A stretch of DNA of 64,000 bases, taken from NCBI GenBank assembly GCA_963747235.1, contig CAVVEU010000031.1, positions 32,001-96,000 on the forward strand. Reading direction: 5' to 3'. Position 1 is the first letter of the stretch. Every line of letters starts with the position of its first letter. Below the pieces are notes generated by a model. That model ran no database searches. It was not told the origin of the DNA and saw only the letters and a list, made by a program, of their open reading frames with translations. Below, piece by piece: positions 47,483 through 59,618 of the stretch. Origin of the DNA: an uncultured Candidatus Rokubacteria bacterium (lineage in GTDB: Bacteria; Methylomirabilota; Methylomirabilia; Rokubacteriales; CSP1-6). A program made the translations under genes and the position numbers.

Positions 47483-47511
47483 AAGGTAACCACTGAACCG
47501 GGTGACGTCAA
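47483..47511 (-). promoter_or_regulatory. Sigma70 promoter for a leaderless transcript of the RAPP leader/tonB operon
   Basis: TTGACG-N17-TACCTT-N7-ATG. Confidence 0.7.
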
Positions 47512-47574
47512 GGAAGGTTCCGGGGCCCGTGTTTGACGCCACCGGAGGGGGTGTGGGATCATTAACGCCCCGTC

Positions 47575-48886
47575 ATGAAAGTCCATTTCACGACCCTCGG
47601 CTGCCCCAAGAACCAGGTGGACTCCGAGCTGATGCTGGGCATGCTGACCGAGGCCGGGCATCAGATCGTCGAGGCCGCCGGAGGCCGCCGATTGCCTGGT
47701 GGTCAACACCTGCGCCTTCATCGACCGGGCGCGCGAGGAGTCGGTCAACACGATTCTCGAGCTCGCGCAGCTCAAGGAGCGCGGGCGGGCGCGATCCCTC
47801 ATCGTGACGGGCTGCCTCACCCAGCGCTACGGCGGCGAGATCCGCACCGAGATCCCGGAGATCAACGCGATCCTCGGGACCTCGGAGCTGCATCGCATCG
47901 TGGAGCTCGTGAACCAGGCCGACGGGCGGCAGGCGTGGGTGAGCGCGGCGCCGCCGGGTTATCTGTACGACGCGCAGACCCCGCGGCTGCTCAGCGGCCG
48001 GGTGCCGTACGCCTACGTGAAGATCGCCGAGGGCTGCGACATGGGTTGCACGTTCTGCGCGATCCCGCAGTTCCGCGGGCGCCACCGGAGCCGCCCGCAG
48101 GCCGACATCGTGGCCGAGGTCAACGGGCTCGCGCGCCGCGGGATCCAGGAGGCGATCCTGGTCTCGCAGGACACGCTCGCCTACGGGCGCGATCTCCCGG
48201 GCAACGGCGACATCGGCGACCTGCTGCTCGCGCTGTCCGACACGACGATGCCGTGGATCCGGCCGATGTACCTGCACCCCGCGCACGTCACCGAGCGCCT
48301 CATCGCCAAGTGGCAGCGCGCGCGCGTGGTGCCGTACCTCGACATGCCGGTCCAGCACGGCGACGACGGGATCCTGCGCGCCATGCGCCGCGGCGTCACC
48401 GCGCAGCGCATGCTGGACGTCATCGCGCGGCTCCGCGACGCGCTCCCCGGCGTGACCCTGCGCACCACGGTGCTGGTGGGCTTCCCGGGCGAGACCGAGG
48501 CCGCGTTCCACAACCTGCTCGGCTTCGTCGAGGACGCGGGCTTCGATCGGCTCGGCGTCTTCACCTACTCGGTGGAGGAGGGCACGCCCGCCGCCGACAT
48601 GGCCGATCAGGTGCCGGCCGAGGTGATGGCCGAGCGCGCCCAGCAGGTGCAGGACCTTCAGGATCGGCTGGCGTGGCCGCGCCAGAAGGCGCTCTTCGGC
48701 ACCCGCCAGACCGTGCTGGTGGACGGGCCGAGCGCGGACTCCGCGTTCCCCTTCGAGGGCCGGACCGCCGGCCAGGCGCCCGAGATCGACGGCGTGGTGC
48801 TGCTGCGCGACCGCGCGCTCACCCCGGGGCGCTTCGCGGAGGTCACCATCGTCGAGGTCGAGGGCTACGAGCTCGTCGGGGAATAA
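47575..48886 (+). CDS. rimO: Ribosomal protein S12 methylthiotransferase (frameshift near 47690)
   Basis: LGCPKNQVDSE, NTCAFI, KIAEGCDMGCTFC, APEIDG TRAM domain. Confidence 0.92.
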
Positions 48887-48917
48887 GCCGCTCGGCGCGC
48901 TCGATCGCCTGGCCTTC

Positions 48918-49355
48918 GTGCTGGCCAGTGTCTTCGGCGCCGGTTATGCCCCGGTGGCGTCGGGCACGGTCGGCAGCTTCGTCACCGTGGTCGCGATCTG
49001 GCTCCTGCCGCTCACTCCGCTGCGCATCCTGGTCGCGCTGGTCGTGGTCACCCTCATCGGCATCTGGTCCGGCTCCCGCGTGGAGCGGGTGCTGGGCACG
49101 AAGGACCCCGGCGTCATCGTGATCGACGAGGTGGCGGGCATGCTGCTCTCGGTGATCCTGCTGCCGCCGACCATTCCCGTGCTCGTCACCGCGTTCCTGC
49201 TCTTCCGGCTCTTCGACATCTGGAAGCCGTTCCCCGCCCGCGAGAGCCAGGCCCTCACCGGCGGCGTGGGCGTGATGGTGGACGATCTCATCGCGGGCCT
49301 CTACGCGCTGGTGCTCGTGCTGGGCGCGCGCGCCCTCTTCGGCTTCCCCCGGTGA
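48918..49355 (+). CDS. pgpA: Phosphatidylglycerophosphatase A (start uncertain)
   Basis: APVASGTVGS, DPGVIVIDEVAG, FRLFDIWKP, GVMVDD. Confidence 0.9.
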   Translation: MLASVFGAGYAPVASGTVGSFVTVVAIWLLPLTPLRILVALVVVTLIGIWSGSRVERVLGTKDPGVIVIDEVAGMLLSVILLPPTIPVLVTAFLLFRLFDIWKPFPARESQALTGGVGVMVDDLIAGLYALVLVLGARALFGFPR

Positions 49356-49362
49356 GCCGGCC

Positions 49363-50613
49363 GTGAGCGGCGCCTGGATCGTCACGGTGGGCGCGGCGCA
49401 GCTCGGCGCGGCGGACGACCCGACCGGGATGATGGTGGCGCGCGCGCTGCTGGCCGAAGGCGTGCCGGTGGCCTCGCGGCAGGTCGTGGACGAGGACGAG
49501 ACCGCGGTGGAGGAGGCCCTGCGCGGCGCCGTGGAGGCCGCCGCGCTGGTGGTGGTGCTGGCGCAGCCGGGCGGCTCGAGCGGCGAGGTGGTCCGGCGCG
49601 CGCTCTCGCGGCTCGGCGGCGCGCGGCTGGTGCTGAACGACAAGCTGCTGGCCTCGATGGAGGAGGACTTCGCCCGGCGCGGGCAGGCGATGCCGCGACG
49701 GCTCGATCGCCTGGCGCTGCTGCCGCAGGGCGCGCTGCTCTGGCCCGCGGCGGGGGAGCCCGCGTGGGTGATCGAGGTCCGGCGCGCCGCGGTGGCGGTG
49801 CTGCCGGCCGGCTCCGCGATGCTCGCCTCGCTCGTGGAGTCGCACCTGCGGCCGCTCGCCCGCCAGCGGCTCGGCGCGGGCGAGAGCACGGTGCTCCGCA
49901 CGCTGCACACCACCGGCCTCTCGCCCGCGGACGCCGAGGAGCGCCTCGGCCGCTGGCTGGGCGTGGAGGGCGCGGTCACCGTCTCCTGCGTGCCGGTGGA
50001 CGGCGACGTGTGGGTGCAGCTCCGCTCGCGCGCGGCCTCGCGGAGCGCGGCGGAGGCGGCGCTCGTCCCGGTGGAGCGCGAGGTGCGCGAGGCGCTCGGG
50101 CCCGACTGCTGGGGCAAGGACGAGGACACGCTGGAGGTCGCGGTGGGCCGGCTCCTGCTGGAGCGGCGGCTCACCGTGTCCATGGCGGAGTCCTGCACCG
50201 GTGGGCTGGTCGGCCACCGGTTGACCAACATCGCGGGCTCCTCCCGCTACGTCGAGCGCGGCGTGGTCGTGTACTCCAACCAGGCCAAGGAGCAGCTCCT
50301 GGGCGTGCCGGAGGCCATGCTGCGCGCGCACGGCGCGGTGAGCGCGCCGGTGGCGGAGGCGATGGCGGCGGGCATCTGCCGCATCTCCGGCTCGGCCTGC
50401 GGCATCGCGGTGACCGGCATCGCGGGGCCCGACGGCGGCACGCCCGCCAAGCCGGTCGGCACCGTGTTCATCGCGGCGGCCGCGCCGGGCGCCGACGGCC
50501 CGCGCATCGAGGTGCGGCGCTTTCGCTTCGCGGGCGGGCGGGAAGCGGTGAAGTGGCAGTCCTCGCAGGCCGCGCTCGACATGCTCCGCCGCGCCCTCCT
50601 CGCGCGGGCGTGA
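49363..50613 (+). CDS. cinA: CinA-like protein: degenerate MoCF-like domain plus NMN deamidase PncC domain
   Basis: AESCTGG, YSNQAK, HGAVS, VTGIAGPDGG, KPVGTV. Confidence 0.85.
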   Translation: MSGAWIVTVGAAQLGAADDPTGMMVARALLAEGVPVASRQVVDEDETAVEEALRGAVEAAALVVVLAQPGGSSGEVVRRALSRLGGARLVLNDKLLASMEEDFARRGQAMPRRLDRLALLPQGALLWPAAGEPAWVIEVRRAAVAVLPAGSAMLASLVESHLRPLARQRLGAGESTVLRTLHTTGLSPADAEERLGRWLGVEGAVTVSCVPVDGDVWVQLRSRAASRSAAEAALVPVEREVREALGPDCWGKDEDTLEVAVGRLLLERRLTVSMAESCTGGLVGHRLTNIAGSSRYVERGVVVYSNQAKEQLLGVPEAMLRAHGAVSAPVAEAMAAGICRISGSACGIAVTGIAGPDGGTPAKPVGTVFIAAAAPGADGPRIEVRRFRFAGGREAVKWQSSQAALDMLRRALLARA

Positions 50614-51189
50614 TCCGCGCCTTCGTCGCGGTGGTTCTCGACGACGAGCTACGCTCGGCGATCGCGGTTGCCGTCGAGCGGCTCCGGCCGCTGGGCTCGG
50701 CGGTCGCCTGGGTGCCGCCGCGCAATCTCCACGTCACGCTGCAGTTCCTGGGCGACCAGAGTGAGGAGCGCCTGGCCGAGGCCGCGGCCGCGCTGGCCGA
50801 CGCCGCGGCCGCGGAGCGCGCCGGTCGACGTCACCTTCCACGGCATCGGCGCGTTTCCCGGACTCGAGCGGCCGCGCATCCTCTGGGTCGGCCTGGCCCA
50901 GGGCGCGCTCGAGGCGCGTGCGCTGCAGGCGCGGGTCGCGGATGCGCTCGCCTCCCGTGGGTTCGCCAGGGAAGAGCGACCCTGGCATCCGCATCTCACC
51001 ATCGGGCGCGTCTTCGACCAGCGGCGCTGGCAGCGCGAGCTGGACCCTTCGCTGCGGAGGGCACTGGCCCAGGTCGCTACGACGAGCTTCGGCACGATGC
51101 GCCTCGGCGACGTCGCGCTGATGGCGAGCGATCTCTCTCCGGGGGGTGCGCGGTACACGGTGCGGCGAGCGGTGAGCCTCGGCGCGTGA
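50610..51189 (+). CDS. thpR: RNA 2',3'-cyclic phosphodiesterase (2H family; frameshift near 50810)
   Basis: RAFVAV, NLHVTLQFLG, FP...PRILWVG, PHLTIGR. Confidence 0.88.
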
Positions 51190-51260
51190 GCGCGGGCGGC
51201 GACGCGTATCCAACGCGGGACATTGACACCGATTCGCGCGCTCTCGTCACACTCGCTTCG

Positions 51261-51289
51261 TTGACTTTGTCGCGACGCGCCCGTATCAT
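51261..51289 (+). promoter_or_regulatory. Sigma70 promoter of recA
   Basis: TTGACT-N17-TATCAT; AGGAG RBS before ATG 51379. Confidence 0.7.
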
Positions 51290-51378
51290 GGGGAAACTTG
51301 TTGAACTATCGAACCTTTTCGTCTACCTCTCGGGCCGGTCACGAGGTCCCGTTCCACTCGTAGTCGAGGAGAATCAGC

Positions 51379-52425
51379 ATGGCTGACGTCAAGAGCGACC
51401 GCCGCCAGGCCCTGGAACTGGCCATCACCGCGATCGACCGCCAGTTCGGCAAGGGCGCCATCATGCGCCTGGGCCAGGGCGGCATCTTCGACGAGATCGC
51501 CGTCATCCCGACCGGAGCGCTCCAGCTCGACGTCGCGCTGGGCATCGGTGGGATTCCCCGCGGCCGGGTGACCGAGATCTACGGGCCGGAGTCGTCCGGC
51601 AAGACCACGCTGGCGCTCCATATCATCGCGGAGGCGCAGCATCTGGGCGGCACCGCCGCCTTCATCGACGCCGAGCACGCGCTCGATCCGAAGTACGCCA
51701 AGAACCTCGGGGTCAACACCGACGAGCTGCTCATCTCCCAGCCCGATACCGGTGAGCAGGCGCTCGAGATCGCCGAGGCCCTCGTGCGCTCCAACGCCGT
51801 GGACGTCATCGTGATCGACTCGGTGGCCGCGCTCGTGCCCCGCGCGGAGCTGGATGGCGACATGGGCGACTCGCTCCCGGGTCTCCAGGCGCGCCTCATG
51901 TCGCAGGCCCTGCGCAAGCTCACCGCCGCCATCTCCCGCTCCGGCGGGGCGGTGATCTTCATCAACCAAATACGTGAAAAGATTGGCGTCATGTTCGGAT
52001 CGCCGGAAACGACCACCGGCGGGCGGGCGCTCAAGTTCTACTCCTCTATACGGCTCGACATCCGGCGGCAGGACACCATCAAGAACGGGACGGAGGCCAT
52101 CGGGGTCCGGACCAAGGTCAAAGTGGTGAAGAACAAGCTTTCTCCGCCCTTCCGGGAGGCCGAATTCGACGTCATCTACGGCGAGGGAATCTCCAAGGAG
52201 GGGTCGGTCCTGGACCTGGCCTCCGAGCACAATGTTGTCGAAAAATCCGGCACTTGGTACACCTATAAGAGTGAGCGGATCGGGCAGGGACGGGAGACCG
52301 CCAAGCGGTACCTGAAGGACAATCCCAAGGTCTTGGCCGACCTGGAAGTCAAAGTCCGCGATGCCCTTGGCCTCAAGCCGGTTGGGGGGGTGTCGCAGCC
52401 GGCGCCGGAGAAGGTGGCCAAGTAG
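51379..52425 (+). CDS. recA: Recombinase A
   Basis: [45 protein letters not shown]. Confidence 0.98.
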   Translation: MADVKSDRRQALELAITAIDRQFGKGAIMRLGQGGIFDEIAVIPTGALQLDVALGIGGIPRGRVTEIYGPESSGKTTLALHIIAEAQHLGGTAAFIDAEHALDPKYAKNLGVNTDELLISQPDTGEQALEIAEALVRSNAVDVIVIDSVAALVPRAELDGDMGDSLPGLQARLMSQALRKLTAAISRSGGAVIFINQIREKIGVMFGSPETTTGGRALKFYSSIRLDIRRQDTIKNGTEAIGVRTKVKVVKNKLSPPFREAEFDVIYGEGISKEGSVLDLASEHNVVEKSGTWYTYKSERIGQGRETAKRYLKDNPKVLADLEVKVRDALGLKPVGGVSQPAPEKVAK

Positions 52426-52438
52426 GAGCGGGTAAACC

Positions 52439-53641
52439 ATGGAACTGCAGCAACTGCTGACGGAAACCGCGCAGCGCAAGGCTTCGGACCTGCACTTGAA
52501 GCCGGCCTCGAAGCCGATCCTCCGGATCCATGGTCACCTCGAGGTGCAGGACGACCTGCCGCTGATCACCCGCGAGTTCATCGACGCGATGGCGAAGACC
52601 CTCCTCGGCGAGCGTCGTCTCAACATGTTGATGGAAGGCCGGGAGATGGATCTGGGCTACATGCTGCCCGGGGTCGGCCGGTTCCGCTGCAACCTCTTCC
52701 TCGCCATGGGCGAGGTGCGCGGCGTCTTCCGGCACGTGCCGGAGCGCATCCCCGCCTTCCACGAGCTGCATCTGCCCAAGGTCCTCGAGCGCCTCTCGAT
52801 GGAGCGCCGCGGGATGATCCTGGTGACCGGCATCACCGGCTCCGGCAAGTCCACCAGCCTTGCGTCCATGATCGACTTCATGAACCGGAGCCGGAACGAC
52901 CATATCGTCACGATCGAGGACCCGATCGAGTTCGTGCACCAGGACAAGAAGTGCGTGATGAGCCAGCGCGAGATCGGTCACGATTCGGTGAACTTCGCCC
53001 AGGCCCTGCGCGCCGCCCTCCGCGAAGACCCCGACATCATGCTGGTCGGTGAGCTGCGCGACGTGGAGACCATGGAAGTGGGCCTGCACGCGGCGGAGAC
53101 CGGTCACCTCGTGCTCTCCACGCTCCACACCCTGAACGCGGCGGAGACCATCAACCGGATGATCTCCATGTTCCCGCCGCACCAGGAAGACCAGATCCGG
53201 GGTCAGCTCGCCTCGGTCATCCAGGGCATCGTCTCGCAGCGCCTCGTGGTGCGCGCCGACGGCCGCGGCCGCGTGCCCGCGGTCGAGGTCATGATCGCGA
53301 CCGGCCTCATCCGCGACTGCATCCGCGAGGCCGACAAGACGCCGCAGATCCCGAGCGTCATCGCGGCGGGCACGGCCCAGTACGGCATGCAGACCTTCGA
53401 CCAGTCGCTGCTGCAGCTCTATCGCGAGGAGCTGGTCACGTACGAAACCGCCCGCGACGCGGCGACGAACCCGGACGACTTCGATCTCAAGATCAAGGGC
53501 ATCTTCTCCACCGGAGAGATGACCTGGGAGCATCCGGGCGGCAGCAACACCGCCTCGACCGCGGCGCCCATGCAGCCGGGCATGGCCGCCCCCACGCCGG
53601 TCGCCGCCGCGCGCAGCCCCTTCGGGAAGAAAGCGGGGTAA
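52439..53641 (+). CDS. pilT: Type IV pilus retraction ATPase PilT/PilU
   Basis: ASDLH, TGITGSGKST, TIEDPIE, ALREDPD, GELRD, AETGHLV.STLH, GMQTFD. Confidence 0.88.
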   Translation: MELQQLLTETAQRKASDLHLKPASKPILRIHGHLEVQDDLPLITREFIDAMAKTLLGERRLNMLMEGREMDLGYMLPGVGRFRCNLFLAMGEVRGVFRHVPERIPAFHELHLPKVLERLSMERRGMILVTGITGSGKSTSLASMIDFMNRSRNDHIVTIEDPIEFVHQDKKCVMSQREIGHDSVNFAQALRAALREDPDIMLVGELRDVETMEVGLHAAETGHLVLSTLHTLNAAETINRMISMFPPHQEDQIRGQLASVIQGIVSQRLVVRADGRGRVPAVEVMIATGLIRDCIREADKTPQIPSVIAAGTAQYGMQTFDQSLLQLYREELVTYETARDAATNPDDFDLKIKGIFSTGEMTWEHPGGSNTASTAAPMQPGMAAPTPVAAARSPFGKKAG

Positions 53642-53665
53642 CACTGCCGCCGCCCGCACCGGACG

Positions 53666-54169
53666 CTGGACGCGAAGGCCGCCAAGCTGGCGGCCTTCGA
53701 CCTTTTGGCCCGCAAGTCCTGGAGCGGCCGCGAGCTGACCCACCGCCTCCGGCGCCGGGGCGCCCCCGCCGAGGTCGCGCAGGCGGTGGTCGCCGATCTC
53801 ATCGACCGCGGCTACGTGGACGACCAGGCCTTCGCCCGCTGGTGGGCCGAGGCGCGTGCCCGCGGGCGCCGGGTCGGCAGCCACCGCCTGCGACAGGAGC
53901 TCTTGGCCAAGGGGATCCCGCGGGCCATGGCCGAAGCCGCGATCACCGCCGCCTTCGAGGAGGTCGGCGAGTCCGACCGCGCGCTCGAGGCGGGGCGGCG
54001 CCGGCTGCCCGCCCTGCTGCGCGGCCAGGCCGGCCGGGCGCCCGCCCGCCTGGCCGACTACCTCCTGCGCCGCGGCTATCCGGCCGCGACGGTGCGCCAC
54101 GCGGTGCGGGTGCTGCTGGCCGAGCGGGGGGCCGACCTCTCCGGCATCGAGGAAGACGGCGGCGCATAA
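53666..54169 (+). CDS. recX: Regulatory protein RecX (start uncertain)
   Basis: LLARK..S..EL, GYVDDQAFA, LRQELLAKGI, YLLRRGY. Confidence 0.85.
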   Translation: MDAKAAKLAAFDLLARKSWSGRELTHRLRRRGAPAEVAQAVVADLIDRGYVDDQAFARWWAEARARGRRVGSHRLRQELLAKGIPRAMAEAAITAAFEEVGESDRALEAGRRRLPALLRGQAGRAPARLADYLLRRGYPAATVRHAVRVLLAERGADLSGIEEDGGA

Positions 54170-54196
54170 TTCCGGGCGTGATTCCGGGCGTATAAT
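54169..54196 (+). promoter_or_regulatory. alaS promoter: 11-bp direct repeat abutting TATAAT
   Basis: ATTCCGGGCGT at 54169 and 54181; TATAAT at 54191-54196, 9 nt before the ATG. Confidence 0.55.
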
Positions 54197-54205
54197 ACCG
54201 GTCTT

Positions 54206-56903
<2,698 letters not shown>

Positions 56904-56920
56904 CCCGAGGTTATCCGCAC

Positions 56921-58939
56921 ATGGCCACCATCCGCACCATGTGCCCGATGAACTGCCATCCCACCCTCTGCGGGATGCTCGTCACCGTCGAGGACGGGCG
57001 GCTCGTCGAGGTCGCGGGAGACCCGGACAATCCCGACAGCCGCGGCTTCCTCTGCGTGCGCGGCCACGCCTCGCGCGAGATCATCGGCAACCCGCAGCGC
57101 CTGCTGACCCCGCTCGCGCGCGACCGTCGCGACGCGCCGTTCCGCGAGGTGACGTGGGACGCGGCGCTCGATCGCATCGCTTCGGGCATGCGGTCGGTCG
57201 GGCGCGAGGCGGTCGGGCTCTGGTCGGGACACGGGTTCTTCGCCAACAACTACGGCACCCGCGTCAACTCGGAGCTGCTCCGGCGCTTCGCCAATCTCTG
57301 GGGCTGCCAGTGGTGGGCGCCCACCATGATCTGCTGGGGCCTCGGCGGCTTCGGGATCGGACTCACCGGCCCGCTCGAGACCAATACCAAGGAGGACATG
57401 GGCGCGCACGCGCAGCTCATCCTGCTCTGGGGCGCCAATCTCGCGAGCCAGCCGAACACCGCCCCGCACCTGGTCGCGGCGCGGCGCCGGGGGGCCCACG
57501 TGGTCACCATCGACGTGCGCCGCACCGAGGCGGCCGCGCAGTCGGACGAGGTGCTGATCATCCGGCCCGGCACCGACGCCGCGCTGGCCCTCGGCATGAT
57601 GCACGTGCTGATCGCGGAGGATCTCTGCGATCGCGAGTTCGTCGCGCGGCACACCATCGGGTTCGAAGCGCTCGCCGCGCACGTGCGGCGACATTCGCCC
57701 GCGTGGGCCGCCGCGGTCACCGGCCTCGACGAGGCGGTCATCGTGGGCCTCGCGCGCCGGTACGCGGCGACGCGGCCGGCCATGATCGTGCTGGGCGGCA
57801 GCAGCATGCACAAGGGCGCCAACGGCTGGCAGGGCGCGCGCGCGGTGGCGTGCCTGCCCGCGCTCACCGGCAACCTGGGCATCGCGGGCGGCGGCCTGGG
57901 CCCGCGCCACGGCAGCAAGGGGCACGGCTTCGGCCTCACCGACATCGCGCTGGCCGAGCGGCGACCGCCCGGCGACTACGTGCCCAACCAGATGCCGCGC
58001 ATCACCGAGGCGCTCGAGGCCGGCCGGGTGCGCGCGCTGCTGCTCTTCGGCACCGACATGCTGTCGTCGTTCGCGGACAGCGCCCGGGTCGAGGCCGCGC
58101 TCGCGCGCCAGGAGCTGATCGTCAGCCACGAGCTCTTCTGGAACGACACCGCGCGCCGCTTCGCGGATGTCGTGTTGCCCGGCACGTCGTGGCTCGAGGA
58201 GCTCGGCTGCAAGGCGACCAACACGCATCTCTACCTGATGGAGCCGGCCCTGCCGCCCGCCGGGCAGACGCGCACCGGCGCGTGGGTGCTGCAGGAGCTC
58301 GCGCGGCGCCTCGGGGTCGCCGATTTCTACCCGTGGGCGGACGCGGCGGGGCCCATCGACGCGATCCTCGATCACCCCGCGACCGGGCACGCCACCGTGG
58401 CGGCCCTGCGCGCGGAGGGCGGCCTGCGCGCGCTCCGCGTCTCGCACGTGGGCCATCCGGATCTGGTATTTCCGACTCCTTCCGGGAAGGTGGAGCTCTA
58501 CTCGGCGCGCGCGGAGAGCCTGGGCCTGGCGCCGCTGCCGGTGCACGAGGACCTGCCCGCCTCACGCTTCCCGCTCGTGCTCCGCCAGGGGCGGACCCTG
58601 GCGCACTTCCACGGTTTCTACGATCACGGCCGCGCGCTGCCGTCGCTGGCCGCGCTCGAGCCCGAGCCGGTGCTCTGGCTGTCGCCCGCCGACGCGGCCG
58701 CGCGCGCGGTGGCGGACGGCGCCGCGGTGCGCGTGTTCAACGAGCGCGGCGAGATGCGCGCCCGCGCCCGGGTGACGGACCGCGTGCCCGCGCGCACCGT
58801 GTGGATGCGCGACGGCTGGGAGGGGCTCAACCGGCTCACCTCGGGGGACGCGTGCATCCCGGACGCCGCGGTGGACGTGTTCGGATTCTCGGCGGGCCAG
58901 GCCGCGTTCGACGCGGCGGTGGAGGTCGCGCCTGTCTGA
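56921..58939 (+). CDS. Stand-alone DMSO-reductase-family molybdopterin oxidoreductase
   Basis: CPMNCHPTLC...LC [4Fe-4S] motif, LWGAN, IRPGTDAALA, ADVVLP, TPSGKVE, NERG; no Tat signal. Confidence 0.88.
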   Translation: MATIRTMCPMNCHPTLCGMLVTVEDGRLVEVAGDPDNPDSRGFLCVRGHASREIIGNPQRLLTPLARDRRDAPFREVTWDAALDRIASGMRSVGREAVGLWSGHGFFANNYGTRVNSELLRRFANLWGCQWWAPTMICWGLGGFGIGLTGPLETNTKEDMGAHAQLILLWGANLASQPNTAPHLVAARRRGAHVVTIDVRRTEAAAQSDEVLIIRPGTDAALALGMMHVLIAEDLCDREFVARHTIGFEALAAHVRRHSPAWAAAVTGLDEAVIVGLARRYAATRPAMIVLGGSSMHKGANGWQGARAVACLPALTGNLGIAGGGLGPRHGSKGHGFGLTDIALAERRPPGDYVPNQMPRITEALEAGRVRALLLFGTDMLSSFADSARVEAALARQELIVSHELFWNDTARRFADVVLPGTSWLEELGCKATNTHLYLMEPALPPAGQTRTGAWVLQELARRLGVADFYPWADAAGPIDAILDHPATGHATVAALRAEGGLRALRVSHVGHPDLVFPTPSGKVELYSARAESLGLAPLPVHEDLPASRFPLVLRQGRTLAHFHGFYDHGRALPSLAALEPEPVLWLSPADAAARAVADGAAVRVFNERGEMRARARVTDRVPARTVWMRDGWEGLNRLTSGDACIPDAAVDVFGFSAGQAAFDAAVEVAPV

Positions 58940-59618
58940 GCGTCCCGCGGCCGCGCTGCTCTTCGACTTCGGGGGCACACTCGACGCCGACGGGGTGACG
59001 TGGAAGGAGCGATTCTTCGCCCTCTGGCGCGCCGAGGGCGCGGCGGATCGCGCCGAGGCCTTCGATCCCGTCTTCTACCGCGCCGACGACGCGCTCGTGG
59101 ACGCGATCCCGGTCACGCTCTCGTTCGAGGAGACGGTGCGGCGCCTCACCGCGAGCATCGCGGCCGGCCTCGCGGTGCGCGACGAGCGGGTGATCGCGCG
59201 CGTCGGCGACCGCTTCCTCGACGACGCCCACCGCCATCTGCGACGCAACCAGGCGCTCCTCGCGCGGCTCGGCGCGCGCTACCGGCTCGGGCTCGTGTCC
59301 AACTTCTACGGGAACCTCGAAACCGTGTGTCATAATACGGCGATCCTGTCTCTCTTCGGCGTCATCGTCGACTCCGTGCGGGCCGGATTCTCCAAGCCGG
59401 ATCCGCGCATCTTCATGCGGGCGCTGGACGGGCTCGGGGTGGCCCCGATCGACGCCACGTTCGTGGGCGATTCGGCGGCCCGGGACATGGCGGGCGCGCG
59501 GGCCCTCGGCATGCGGCACATCTGGCTGATCGCCGACCCGCCGCCGCCCGGCGGGCCGTGCTGCCCCGGCGACGCGATGATCCATTCACTGACGGACGTG
59601 GAGGCCCTGCTGCTCTGA
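58932..59618 (+). CDS. HAD-superfamily phosphatase (start uncertain, probably CTG)
   Basis: LFDFGGTLD, VSNFYGN, KPDPRIF, VGDS..RDM. Confidence 0.85.
   Translation: MSERPAAALLFDFGGTLDADGVTWKERFFALWRAEGAADRAEAFDPVFYRADDALVDAIPVTLSFEETVRRLTASIAAGLAVRDERVIARVGDRFLDDAHRHLRRNQALLARLGARYRLGLVSNFYGNLETVCHNTAILSLFGVIVDSVRAGFSKPDPRIFMRALDGLGVAPIDATFVGDSAARDMAGARALGMRHIWLIADPPPPGGPCCPGDAMIHSLTDVEALLL

Noticed and set aside
51300-51325. LexA/SOS box upstream of recA (GAACTATCGAAC, CGAA-N4-TTCG)
   Set aside because: Matches neither GAAC-N4-GTTC nor GTTC-N7-GTTC spacing; cannot be supported without a regulon scan
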